46,564 nucleotides of DNA. Origin: Mobula hypostoma (Eukaryota). The stretch lies in NCBI RefSeq assembly GCF_963921235.1, contig NC_086129.1, positions 6,572,001 to 6,618,564 of the forward strand, read 5' to 3'. A program made the translations under genes and the position numbers. This document shows, piece after piece, positions 21,005 through 32,832 of the stretch. Position 1 is the first letter of the stretch, and each line of letters opens with the position of its first letter. The notes beneath the pieces are model-generated. The model was not told the origin of the DNA, made no database searches, and saw nothing but the letters and a program-made list of their open reading frames with translations.

Positions 21005-22500
21005 TAGGTCCGGGTAGGAAACAGCCGGAGAGACTACATCTGCTGACACCGACAGTATCATCCCCAGGGTACTGAAAGCCTGTACGAGCCTGCTGTCTGG
21101 CAATTTGGTGCACCCTGACAATCTGAGACCGAGTCAGGAAAAGATGTGGAATAACTCCTGCCTTGGTCCTTTACCCAGTATGGTAATTATCCGAACTTAA
21201 TGAGGACAATCACTACAGACCAATCGCCCTCACATCTCATGAGATGAAGGTGATGCAGAGGCCGGTCCTGACTTACCTCGGACCCTCTACTGTTTCCCTA
21301 CCAACCTTATGAGGGAGCGGATGATACCATCATCTCCCTGTTGCAGCGAGCTCACTCCCACCGGGATGATGCTGGTGGCATTGTGAGAGTCACTGTTTTT
21401 GATTTCTTTAATGCCTTCAATACAATCCAGCCACGTTGTCTGAGCAAGGATGGGCGTAGACAAATTCACTCTCTCCTGGATTACTGCCTTCCTGACTGAT
21501 AGACCCCAGTTTGTACAGCTGGGTGGTTCTGTGCCTGAGGTGGAGGTGAGTGACACTGGAGCCCCACAAGGGACTGTCCTTTCTCCGTTTCTGTTCACAC
21601 TGAACACCTCAGACTTTCAGTGCGACTCTGAGTCTGGCCACCTAAAGATGTTCTCTGATGACTCTGCGGTAGTTGGGTGCATCAGAGATGGGCAGGACTC
21701 GGGGTACAGAGGGCTGGTTTAACAGGATTGTGGAATAGTGAGGGAAGAATCACCTGCTCCTGAGCGTGGTCAAAACCAGGGAAATGGTGATAGATTTTAG
21801 GAGGGAGAGGACTGTGATGAGTCCTGGATACATTCTGGGAGAAGAAGTTGCGATGGTGGAGGAGGACAAATACCTGGGTGTTCGCCTCGGCGAGAGACAT
21901 GACTGCAAAACCAACACCAAGACTGTTTAAAAGAAGGGGATGAGCAGACTCTATTTTCTTAGGAAGTCGAGATCCTTGAACACGTGAGGCAGGATGTCGC
22001 AGATCTTTTACCAGTCTGTTGTAGCGAGTGCAGTCTTCTTCGCTGCTTTACGTTGGGAAAGACTAAATAAACTCATCAGAAAGGCTGGATCCATCCTTGG
22101 CCACAACCCGGACTCTTTCGAGTGAGTGGTGGAGTGGATGTCACTGAACAAACTGTTATCGATAATGGACAATCCGGAACATCCTCTCCATGACCTACTG
22201 AATAGGCAGCAAAGCCGCCGACCCCTTTTCAACAAACTCACTCAGCTCCGTCCTCACAAGGATCGTAACAAAAATCTTCTGCGACAGGTGGACACACATC
22301 ATAGTTCAATAGTCTCTGCATTGTTGTTTCATACATTATTATTGCAGACTGATACAGTGTTATTGTGTATATTATTATTCTGTAGTTTATTTTCAGTAAA
22401 GTCTGCCCGCTGCTTGCTGTGCTTTTAGATGTTGCTGCTGAAACGAATGAATTTCCCACTCGGAATCAATAGAGTATTTATTATTATTATTATTATTATT
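21005..22500 (+). mobile_element. Rex1/Babar-clade LINE, 5'-truncated, decayed
   Basis: WITAFLTDRPQFV..TGAPQGTVLSPFLFTL..KMFSDDSAVVG; tail AATTTCCC..GGAATCAATAGAGTA(TTA)n. Confidence 0.85.
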
Positions 22501-22757
22501 CTCCAGCCCTTTATCTCTCAACAATCAACTTCCCAGCTCTTTACTTCACTCCTCCCCCTCTCCCGGTTTACCCTATCACCTCACCTGCCCCACATTCTGA
22601 CTCCCTCCCTTCCTTTCCAGTGCTGAAGAAGGGTCTGGGTCTGAAAGGCCGACTGTTCACTTCTCTCCATAGTTGCCGTCTGTCTCCCTGACTTTCCCCC
22701 AGCATTTTCCGTCTGTTGTTTTGGATTTCGGCATCTGCAGATTTTCTTCTGTTTGCT
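22501..22757 (+). mobile_element. Penelope terminal-repeat fragment with decayed hammerhead (22618-22655)
   Basis: cagtgctgaagaagggtctgggtctgaaaggccgactg..ggcatctgcag. Confidence 0.7.
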
Positions 22758-22759
22758 CA

Positions 22760-23100
22760 GACGCGCATGCGCAGAGGTATGAGGTAATCCCAAATGTCGC
22801 GCATGCGCTCAGCGGACGAGAGGCTCACAAAGACCGGCCGCAGGTAGGAGGGGTCTCCGGTGGGGAATTAATCAGCGGCGTCTGAAACGTGATTGACGGG
22901 CTATTACTGTGAGCTCCTGGCGCACTGGTCCTGCACCCCAGGACAGCCCCGGTCCGTTCCCTCTTTCTCAGCCCCACGATCCGTACCCAGTGCCGCCAGG
23001 CTTTCGGCTGATGAGCGCTGGGCCGCCGCCGTTTCTGCGGCGCATGCGCATCGCTGGATCTTTCGGTGGCTGACAGATAGGTTTCTGGTTCGTGGGGCCT
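22760..23100 (+). promoter_or_regulatory. CpG-island promoter with three NRF1-type palindromes, probable promoter of the zinc-finger gene
   Basis: GCGCATGCGC at 22763-22772, 22799-22808 and 23040-23049; high CpG density. Confidence 0.65.
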
Positions 23101-23719
23101 TCTGGGTAAAGAGGCAGCCATGGATGATACTACCAAGCGTTGTTCCCCTGCAGTCGAAAGAAATGGGAGCCAATGTATCTCCCAAACACTGCCGTGTTTC
23201 AGCTATGTAAATCCGAGTAGTTCCCAGTTAATCTCGGTTGAAGAGTTCACCTTCCAGTCAGTGAAAATGTCAATTTGAGCTGTATGGAAATAAAACCTTC
23301 CGTCAGATTTAGTTCTCTCTGAGTAAATAACGATATGAAACACCTTTGCCTCGATGACAAGTGACTTGTGGCTTTCACATCACGAAAGTGCCACAGTCCA
23401 ATGTGAATCGCCACTGCCTTCCACTTTATATTCATTGGCATTGCCATCGATGGGTTCATCACTGTCAATCAGCTGGTGGGAGGGTATCTGAGTAATTAGT
23501 AAATCTCCAGGATCATACATGTAGAAACAAGTGCTCTTTGTAGTCTTGTGGAACATGACTAGAACTTGAAATAATACCAAAGGACAGAGACAAATTGAGC
23601 CAAGTCTTAGGTTGATTGAAGTCAGAAATAGCCCATTCTCACACAGACAGGAATACAGTCAGAGAATTTGGTGGTCAGTTAGAATGTCTGATCCGTGCCT
23701 TGTTAGAAGATGAGTGCAT

Positions 23720-25190
23720 ATAGAAACATTGAAATCTAGAATATATCACAGGCCCTTCGGCCCACAGTGTTGTGCCGTCCATGTAACCTATTCTAGAAAC
23801 TGCCTTGGATTTCCCAACCGCATTGCACTCTGTTTTCATGAGCTCCATGTACATATCTAACAGTCTCCCAAAAGACTCCATGGTATCTGCCTCTACCATC
23901 ATCACTGGCAGTGCATTCCATGCACCTACTACTCTCTGTGTGATAATCCTACCTCTGACATCCCCTTTGACCCTACTCCCAACACCTTAAAACTATGCCC
24001 CTCGTGTTTGCCATTTCAGCCCTAGGAAAAAAGTCTCTGGCTATCCACACGATCAATGCCTTTCATCATCTTATACACATCTGTCAGGTCACCTTTCATC
24101 CTCCGTCGCTCCAAAGTTCACTCAACCTATTCTCATAAGGCATGTTCTCCATTCCATGTAACATCCTTGTAAATCTCCTCTGCAGTCTTTCTATGGTATC
24201 CACATCCTTCCTGTAATGTGGTAACTGAACACAAGACTCTCAGTGGGTTTAAAGAAGGTCTTATATAGCTGTAACATTACCTCACCAATCTGGAACTCAG
24301 TTCCATGGTTGCTGAAGGCCTTCTTAACAACGTTGTCAATCAATCAGCACTGCAGCTTTGAGTGTAAAATTGACATGGACCACAAGATCTCACTGATCCT
24401 CCACAATGCCAATAGTACCAACGTAATATTCTGTTCTGTCTTCAAATTTGATGTACCGAAATAAGCCACAGCACACTTATCTGGGTTGAACTCCATCTGC
24501 CAGTTCTGCATCCTATCTGCATCCTGCTGTAACCTCTGGAGAACTGTCCACACTCTTCACAACACCCTCAACGTTTGTGTCATCAGCACCCTTCTACTTC
24601 CTCATCAAGATCATTTATAAACATCACAAAGAGAAGGAGTTTCAGAACTCATCCCTGCAGAACACCACTGGTCACCGTCCTCCATGCAGGATACAAACCA
24701 TCTACAACCACCTTTGGCTTCTGTGGGCAAGCCAATTCTGGATCCACAAAGCAAGATCTACTTGGATGCTTGCCTCATTACTTTCTGAATCAGCCTCACA
24801 TGAGGAATCTTATCAAAAGTCTCACTGAAAGCCATGTTCACTACATCCAATGCTCTACATTCATTAGTGTGTTTTGTTACATCCTCAAAGAATTCAATCA
24901 GGTTCGTAAGGAACGATCTGCCTTAGACAGAGCCATGCTGACAATCCCACATCAGATTATGCTTCTCCAAATGCTCATAAATCCTGCCTCACAGGAGCTT
25001 CTCCAACAACTTGCCCTGCACTGAAGTAAGAACCACTGGTCTGTAATTTCCTGGCTTGTCTCTACTCCCTTTTTTGAAAAGGGAACGGTGTCTTCTAATC
25101 CTCTGGTACTTTTCATCTCCCTATTGATGTGCAAAGATCATCGCCAGAGGCTCAGCAATTTCCTCCCTCACTTCCCACAGTATCCTGGGG
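23720..25190 (-). mobile_element. CR1 LINE 3' 1.5 kb
   Basis: RLQQDADRMQNWQMEFNPDKC; tail tagaaacattgaaa. Confidence 0.82.
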
Positions 25191-25214
25191 TTGAGTACCC
25201 GCAACTTGTGTTGA

Positions 25215-25640
25215 AATTCGTAAAATTGTGATGCCAGAGCTCACATTCAGAGGAGATCATATAGAAATATGCAAAATTATGAAAGGAATAGGTAAGATAG
25301 AGGCAGGAAAGTTGTTTCCGCTGGTAGATGAGACTAGAACTAGAGGACATTGCCTTAAGATTTGGAGGAAATTGGGATGGAGATGAGGAGGAACTGCTTT
25401 TCCTAGAGGGTGGTGAATCTGTCGATTTCTCTGCCCAGTGAAGGAGTGGAGGCTACCTCAGTAAATATATTCAAGACAAGATTGGATAGATTTTTGCACA
25501 GTTGGGGAATTAAGGGTTCTGGGGAAAAGGCAGGTCGGTGGAGATGAGTCCATGGCCAGATCAATCATGATCTTATTCAATGGCAGATCAGGCTCAAAGG
25601 CCCAGATGGCCAAATCCTGCTCCTATTTCTTATGTTCTCA
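25215..25640 (+). mobile_element. CR1 3' fragment
   Basis: agaactagaggacattgcctt..gtggtgaatctgt..atcctgctcctatttcttatgttct. Confidence 0.8.
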
Positions 25641-25709
25641 CCACAGACTGAAATCTCTCCTGAAAAATTGTCCTTCACCCATTGATGTCTTTTGCAAATA
25701 TTTTTACAG

Positions 25710-26438
25710 GTTTGAAATGGCAGAACACTTGTGTACGGGAATCTCAAACACAACAACACATCAGTTTTGCTGTCTGGATATTTAAGGAGTGACCAGATAT
25801 TTTCTTTGCTACACCAACACATCTGTTGTTGATTCTTCGAGATGAGGAATTATCTCATCCCAGCCAGTAATGTATTTCATGTCTGAAATTAAGTTTTCTG
25901 TTTTAACTCTGTGAAATTCACTGGAACTGGGAGCTGAGAACACACCAGCATTTGTTCACTGGAGATCAGTTCTTCAACTGCATTGATCGTACAAGGCATT
26001 CAAACGTCTGACTTTCTGAATTGCCAGAGAATTGATCGTAGTGAGATACCATTCTCCTTCTCTCAGTGTGGGAAGAGATTCACTCACAGGCTACCCACAG
26101 ACACGCCAGTGAGTTCACAGTGGGGAAAAGGCCATTCACCCACTCTGTGTGAGTGAGGGGAACCACTCAGTCATCCAATCTGAAGATACATCAGCAAGTT
26201 CACACCATAGTGAGATGCTCCACCTGTTCTACAAGCAAAAAGCCATTATATCAGAAAATTCACCAGTGAGAGGACATTGACCTGCTCAGACGGTGGGAAG
26301 GCATTCACACACTCAACCACAACACAATGACACCAGCGAGTTCACATTGAGGAGAAGCCATTCACCTGCTCTGAATGTGGGAAAGGGTTCACTCAATCAT
26401 CTCAACTGAATGAACACCAGCGAGTTCACACTGAAAAG
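25710..26438 (+). other. Probable start of zinc-finger terminal exon; leader made of decayed fingers
   Basis: Acceptor tatttttacAG|G at 25709; from ~25950 recognisable broken fingers; one intact in-frame finger CSECGKGFTQSSQLNEHQRVH lies between a TGA (~26328) and the ATG. Confidence 0.55.
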
Positions 26439-27752
26439 ATGCCGTTCACCTGCTCAGACTGTGGGAAGGGATTCACTCACTCCTCCAAACTACAGAGACA
26501 CCGGCGAGTTCACACCGGGGAGAGGCCATTCACCTGCTCAGACTGTGGGAAGGGATTCACTCAATCGTCCAACCTACAGACTCACCAGCAAGTTCACACT
26601 GGGCAGAGGCCATTCACCTGCTCAGACTGTGGGAAAGGATTCATTCTGTCAAATCACTTGCTACAACATCAGTTAGTTCACACTGGGGAGAGGCCATTCA
26701 CCTGCTCAGACTGTGGGAAGGGATTTGCTCAGTCATCTGACCTACAGACACACCAGCGACTTCATACTGGGGAGAAGCCATTCACCTGCTCAGACTGTGG
26801 GAAAGGATTCATTCTGTCAAATCACTTGCTACAACATCAGTTAGTTCACACTGGGGAGAGGCCATTCACCTGCTCAGACTGTGGGAAGGGATTCACTCGG
26901 TCATCTGACCTACTGACACACCAGCGACTTCACACTGGGGAGAGGCCATTCACCTGCTCTGAATGTGGGAAGGTATTCACTCAGTCACCTCAACTGAAGG
27001 TACATCAGCGAGTTCACACTGGGGAGAAGCCGTTCACTTGCTCTGAATGTGGAAAGGTATTTGCTGGGTCATCTGTACTGAAGGAGCATCAGCGAGTTCA
27101 CACTGGGGAGAAGCCGTTCACTTGCTCTGAATGTGGAAAGGTATTTGCTCGGTCATCTCAACTCTTGAGACACCAGCAAATCCACTCTGGGGTGAAACCA
27201 TTCCTCTGCTCAGAATGTGGGAAGGGATTCACCGATGCAGCTCAGCTGAAAGATCATCAGTTTGTTCACACTGTGGAGAGACCATTCACCTGCTCCGACT
27301 GTGGGAAAGGGTTCACTCGGCGTTCTCGACTACTGACACACCAGTTAGACCACACTGGGGAGAAACCATTCACCTGCTCAGAATGTGGGAAGAGATTCAC
27401 CCATTCCGCTCAACTGAAGGAACATCAGCGACTTCACACTGGGGAATGGCCATTCACCTGCTCTGAATGTGGGAAGGGATTCACTCGGTCATCTCGACTG
27501 AAGGTGCATCAGCGAGTTCACACTGGGGAAAAACCTTTCAGCTGCTCTGAATGTGGGAAGGGATTCAGTCAGTCATCCAAACTTGTGAGGCATTACCAAA
27601 TTCACGCTAGGGAGAAACTGTTCACGTACTCAGATTGTGGGAAAGAATTCACTTGGTCATCTGAGTTTAAAATACATCAGCGAATTCACACTGGGGGATG
27701 CCACTCACTTGTTCTGGATGTGGGAAAGGATTCACTCAGACATCTCAGTTAA
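26439..27752 (+). CDS. Tandem C2H2 zinc-finger protein (14 intact + 1 degenerate finger, no KRAB/SCAN/BTB seen)
   Basis: 437-aa ORF of CxxC-12-HxxxH fingers with TGE(R/K)PF linkers; finger 15 has C->Y; a frameshifted 16th finger is cut by a CR1 insertion. Confidence 0.88.
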   Translation: MPFTCSDCGKGFTHSSKLQRHRRVHTGERPFTCSDCGKGFTQSSNLQTHQQVHTGQRPFTCSDCGKGFILSNHLLQHQLVHTGERPFTCSDCGKGFAQSSDLQTHQRLHTGEKPFTCSDCGKGFILSNHLLQHQLVHTGERPFTCSDCGKGFTRSSDLLTHQRLHTGERPFTCSECGKVFTQSPQLKVHQRVHTGEKPFTCSECGKVFAGSSVLKEHQRVHTGEKPFTCSECGKVFARSSQLLRHQQIHSGVKPFLCSECGKGFTDAAQLKDHQFVHTVERPFTCSDCGKGFTRRSRLLTHQLDHTGEKPFTCSECGKRFTHSAQLKEHQRLHTGEWPFTCSECGKGFTRSSRLKVHQRVHTGEKPFSCSECGKGFSQSSKLVRHYQIHAREKLFTYSDCGKEFTWSSEFKIHQRIHTGGCHSLVLDVGKDSLRHLS

Positions 27753-28214
27753 GACTATAAGATATAGGAGCAGAAGTAGGCCATTCGGCCTTTCGAGGCT
27801 GCTCCACCTTTCAATCATGAGCTGACCCAATTCTTCCAGCCATCCCCACTCCCCTGCCTTCTCCCCATACCCTTTGATGCCCCGGCTAATCAAGAACCTA
27901 TCTCTCTCTGCCTTAAATGCACCCAATGACTTGGCCTCCACAGTTGCTTGTGGCAACAAATTCCACAAATTTACCACCCTCTGACTAAAGTAAGTTCTCC
28001 TCATCTCTTTTCCAAATGGATGTCCTTCAATTTTGAAGTTGTGCCCTCTTGTTATAGACTCCCCTACCATGGGAAATATCTTTTGCACATCTAATCTGTT
28101 CACAGCTTTTAACATTCAGAATGTTTCAATTAGATTCCTCTCCCGACCCCCTGCCCCCCATTCCCCTGAACTCCAGGGAATGCAGCCCAAGGGAAGCCAG
28201 ATGCTTCTCTTATG
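27751..28214 (-). mobile_element. CR1 3' fragment truncating the zinc-finger array
   Basis: TRGHNFKIEG..YFSQRVVNLWNLLP; tail taagactataagatatagg abuts a half finger. Confidence 0.88.
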
Positions 28215-28793
28215 TGTAACGCGCTGTAAGGTTTCACTGCTAATGTAATGGCTTCTTTGTAATGTTTACTGCTGAAGTAACGGTTTCTCTGTAGCAGCAA
28301 TGTTCCTGTTATGGCTCGAGATAACAGGACTGTGGGATGCATGTCAGCCAATCAGGATTTTGTTGGTCTGTCTCCCGAATCTGGGAGCAGTGGATTTTGC
28401 CAGAGACAGAGATGGAGACAGAAGACGCGAATGGAGAGATTTGCTGGACTGCCGGACAGGGTGGACTCAGAGCGAGGGTCCAAAGGGCAGTGACGATCGG
28501 AGGAGGCCGATGGAGACCGATCGGCCTATCATGTGCTCCAATTTTGCGCACAGACTGTTTAATAAGATCGGGCCGTTTTTTCAATTTTGTTTCTCTACTA
28601 ACCATACAGTCAAAGTAAGAGTTATAAAGCTTAATGGTTTAATCACAAAGTGTGTTCTGTTTGTTATTTCTGGGCACTGATTTGTAACAGGGAACACATC
28701 GAGCAGTATCCACCCAAACAAGATTTCTTCAGTTTGGCCGGGCGGGGGGTTATCACCCCCTGGATTAAGCCGCTAGGCAAAGTGAGAATTACA
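28215..28793 (+). repeat. 5' LTR followed by decayed tRNA-Pro-type PBS
   Basis: TGTAAC...ATTACA termini; next TTGTGGGCACTACGTTCGGGAT resembles TGGGGGCTCGTCCGGGAT. Confidence 0.8.
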
Positions 28794-31659
28794 ATTGTGG
28801 GCACTACGTTCGGGATTGATTCTGATGGATGCTGTGCGATTACCCTGAGAAATGAACCAGTGGGGCAGATGTTTGTACTGCAGATGAATTGTTAATTCCA
28901 CTGTTAAATTCTGTTACAGTTGCGATTGTGAGCGGAGGCTTGATAAAATGGCGGATACAGCTCTTGTTTTCATGCAGACCAGCACTGAGGTAGCCGGCGG
29001 CGGAAATTTCAAAGACAGGGTTCTATCATTTCTGAGGAGTGAGGGGAAAGACTGGTCAGAGTTGGAAGGTCTAATTAGTCTACGTCCCCCCGATGAAGAG
29101 TGAGAATTCTGAGGTAGTAGCCGCCCTTATTCGCTAGCAAATAAATGGGAAAATCCGATTTAGAGTCCGAGCTATGGCAGGCTCCGCCTATTCTCTGGAA
29201 TAACACCCACCCCTAAAGGGAAGGAGGAGTATGAGACGTGGGCGGAACAGACCTCTCGGTTGTTAGATGAGTGGCAGAGCTCAGATGATGAATAGCGGCA
29301 GTGATTGGTTGAAAGTTTGAATGGGCGGGCCGCTGACGTTGTCAGAACTGTCAGGTTTAATTATTCCATAGTGACAGCTGTCAATTATCTAAAAGCGCTG
29401 GACAATGCCTTTGGTCTGTCTGGAAGCCCAGTGGAGCTCCTGGTGGGGTTTCAAAACTTGCGACAGGAGAAGGGGGAGAAGCCTTCTGCTTGTATTTTTC
29501 AGCTACAGAGGCAGCTAAATTGCTTGTGGTGCAGAGGGGTCATTCAGGCGGCTGAGCTGGAACGGATATATAGCCAGGAGTGGCCAGTCCCATGATCTGA
29601 TTGTGTGGGGTCTCTGACAGTCTCGCAAGACGCGCCCCCTCCATCTTTTGTTCAGCTGATCAGAGAGGTACGGGAAGAGGAGAACGCGGCGGGAGCGTGG
29701 GAGGACTCAGTCAGCAGGGTATAGTCCTCGGTAGTGTCCCCTGCGGTGAAGTGAGCACAGATAGCCTACCCGGGGGAGCGGTAGAGGAGATTGCAGCAGA
29801 GTTGAGAATGGAGTTGGGAACACCCCCCGCCCCATGTGATGGAGCTGATGGGGGGACAGGACCCCCAAGGGGACGAACAATGCAGAGGGCTGCTGGCAGC
29901 AGGTGTCACGCTAGAAGGAGAGTGAGCCCCCGGGTACCTCCGCAGGGAGAGTGGTTGGGCAAACCTAGAGGAGACCCAGTGAGGGAACGGCCCGGTGTCT
30001 CTGGGGGAACACATTCCCAGCAATGTACCAAGGAACTCCCAAAAACAAAAGACCCTATTCCTGAAGGCTTATTGGGACCACGCTGCCGTGTGTCGCTACA
30101 GACAGAGAGTATTTACGCTAAAACCATATTCGACACCGGGTCACAGGTCACGTTACCGTACCATTCGTTTTACAACCGGTATCTGAAGCATTTACCCTTG
30201 ACAACACTCAGTGCACTGGAGATTTCGCGGATCAGTGCTGGTGATTATCCATACGACGGTTATTTGTCAGTGAAACTGGAGTTCTCGGAGGCCGATGTGG
30301 GAATATCTGAGGTTCTTGATGCAGCAGTGCTGGTTTGTCCAGACTCTGTTGACACGGGCGGCGTTTCTATTCTGGCGGGGACCAACACCCCTCTGGTGAG
30401 GAGGCTCATGGGGGCCTGTAAGGCTAAGGCGGGTGAGAGTTTTTTGGGTTATTGTCCGTGCACCAAGTGTTTCGAGCTGCTTTTGAGCAAGTGCGTGGCT
30501 GCATTGGGTTGGATACCGAATTTAAACGAGGGAATGTGTGGTTCACCCAGTCGCAGCCAATTGGTCGTACTGCCCGGGGAAGTGGCGAGAGTGATGGGGA
30601 CCCCCAAATTTCCCGGAGTGCATGAAGGCGAAGCCCTCTTAGCGGACGCTCCGGAGGACCACGAGAGGGAGTCGGGATTTCCTGCTGGGCTACTGGTGAG
30701 GTCCGAATTGCAGAAGCCCTCGGTTGTACAGCCGAGCAGGATGGCAGTGATCGTCAGGAACACTACGAAGAGGGCGGTCACCTTCAAGCGGGGGATGCCC
30801 CTGGCGCATTTGTTCCCGGTGACGGTAATGTCTAGTGCCCCCGTGAGGCACTCCGGGGAGAAACTATTGGAAAACCGGGGAAAGTTGACCGCTGAGTCAT
30901 TCAACTTCGGGGACCCCCCGGTGCCGCCGGGTTGGAAAAGGAGGCTGGCAGAGAAGATGTTGAAATTGGAAGGTGTATTTTCCATTAGCGAGTTTGATGT
31001 GGGTTGTTGCAAGAGCACGCGTCACACTATCCGGGTGACCGAGGACGCCCCGTTTAGAGAGAAGTCGCGGCGACTGGCCCCTGCAGACGTGGAAGACGTG
31101 CAGCAGCATTTGTGTAGGTTGAAGGAGGCTGGGATCATCACTGAGTCCCGAAGCCCCTGTGCGTCCCCAGTGGTAATGGACGGGAAGAAGAACGGGAAGG
31201 TACGCATCTGTGTGGACTATAGGACACCCAACAGGCGCACCGTCCCTGACCAGCATACTTTCTCGAGGGTCGAAGACACGTTGGACTGTCTGAGTGATTT
31301 AGTGTGCTGGATTTGAGGAGCGAATATTACCAGATCCCGATGAGTGAGGCCTACAAAGAGAAGACGGCATTTATATGTCCCCTGGGATTCTTCCAGTTCG
31401 AAAGGATGCCCCAGGGCATATCGAGAGCCCCTGCAACCTTCCAGCGGGTCATGGTGCAGACGGTGGGTGATATGAACTCGCCTGAGGTTTTGGTGTATTT
31501 GGATGACCTCATAGTATTTGGATCCACCTTGAAAGAACATGAAGCGAGGCTACTGAAGGTACTCGGCCGCCTGAAAGGTGAAGAGTTAAAACTTTCCCTG
31601 GACAAGTGCCAGTTCTGCCAAACGTCTGTTAGCTATATCGGACACATAATCTCACGGTT

Positions 31660-32239
31660 TGGAGTAGTGACATACCCGGCTAAGATAGAAGCGGTGACTA
31701 CCTGACCAAGGCCCCTGACTGTGAGCGCCCTGCGCTCGTTCCTGGGGTTCTGTGGTTATTATTGGAGATTCCTGATGCAGTAGCGACAGACCCGGCTAAG
31801 ATAGAAGCGGTGACCACCTGGCCAAGGCCCCAGACTGTGAGCGCCCTGCGCTCGTTCCTGGGGTTCTGTGGTTATTATTGGAGATTCCTGATGCCGTAGC
31901 GACAGACCCGGCTAAGATAGAAGCGGTGACCACCTGGCCAAGGCCCCTGACTGTGAGCGCCCTGCGCTCGTTCCTGGGGTTCTGTGGTTATTATTGGAGA
32001 TTCCTGATGGAGTAGCGACAGACCCGGCTAAGATAGAAGCGGTGACTACCTGAACAAGGCCCCAGACTGTGAGCGCCCTGCGCTCGTTCCTGGGGTTCTG
32101 TGGTTATTATTGGAGATTCCTGATGCAGTAGCGACAGACCCGGCTAAGATAGAAGCGGTGACCACCTGGCCAAGGCCCCAGACTGTGAGCGCCCTGCGCT
32201 CGTTCCTGGGGTTCTGTGGTTATTATTGGAGATTCCTGA
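31660..32239 (+). repeat. Five tandem copies of a 116-bp pol segment
   Basis: TAAGATAGAAGCGG at 31681, 31797, 31913, 32029, 32145. Confidence 0.95.
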
Positions 32240-32832
32240 CGGGCGACGCCAAAGTGAGTCACCCCTTGAATCAGCTTCTGTGTGGTCACCGTCCCCTGGG
32301 GAAGAAGGGGGGTGGGGAAGGACAGGAGGGCGGAGAATATTTAGACCCGTTAGACCCCTTTGGGCAGAGGTGGGATGTAAAATGTGAGGAGGCTTTTCAG
32401 TCGCTGTAGGAGTTGCCGTGCAGATGCCGGTGCTGGATTTTGTGGGCCGCCGATTGCCGTATGTACTGCACACAGATTCCATCCGAGAGGGTTTAGGGGG
32501 CGTCCTGTATTAGGATCAGGGCACCGAGTTGAGGCCTGTGGAGTTTTTCACCCTCCGAGAGAAATTAACCCACGCACAAGTCGGAATTCCTGGCGTTGAA
32601 ATGGGCGGTGGTGGATAAGCTGATTGTCTATCTCTACGCAGCCAAGCTTGAGGTGAGGACGGACAACAACCCCCTAACTTACATCCTGACCAGGGCGAAA
32701 TTGGACGCCACAGGCCCTCGGTGGTTGGCAGCGTTGTCTGCCTATGATTTCAGCCTGAAGTACCGGCCGGGGAGCCGGAACATTGATGCGGATGCTTTGT
32801 CTCGACGGGTGCATGAGGGAATGGACAGGGAC

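Noticed and set aside
28850-29900. Domesticated PNMA-like gene
   Set aside because: In-frame stops and frameshifts; still embedded between LTR/PBS and pol.
31660-32239. CRISPR-like regular repeats
   Set aside because: Head-to-tail copies without unique spacers, derived from Gypsy pol, in a vertebrate context.
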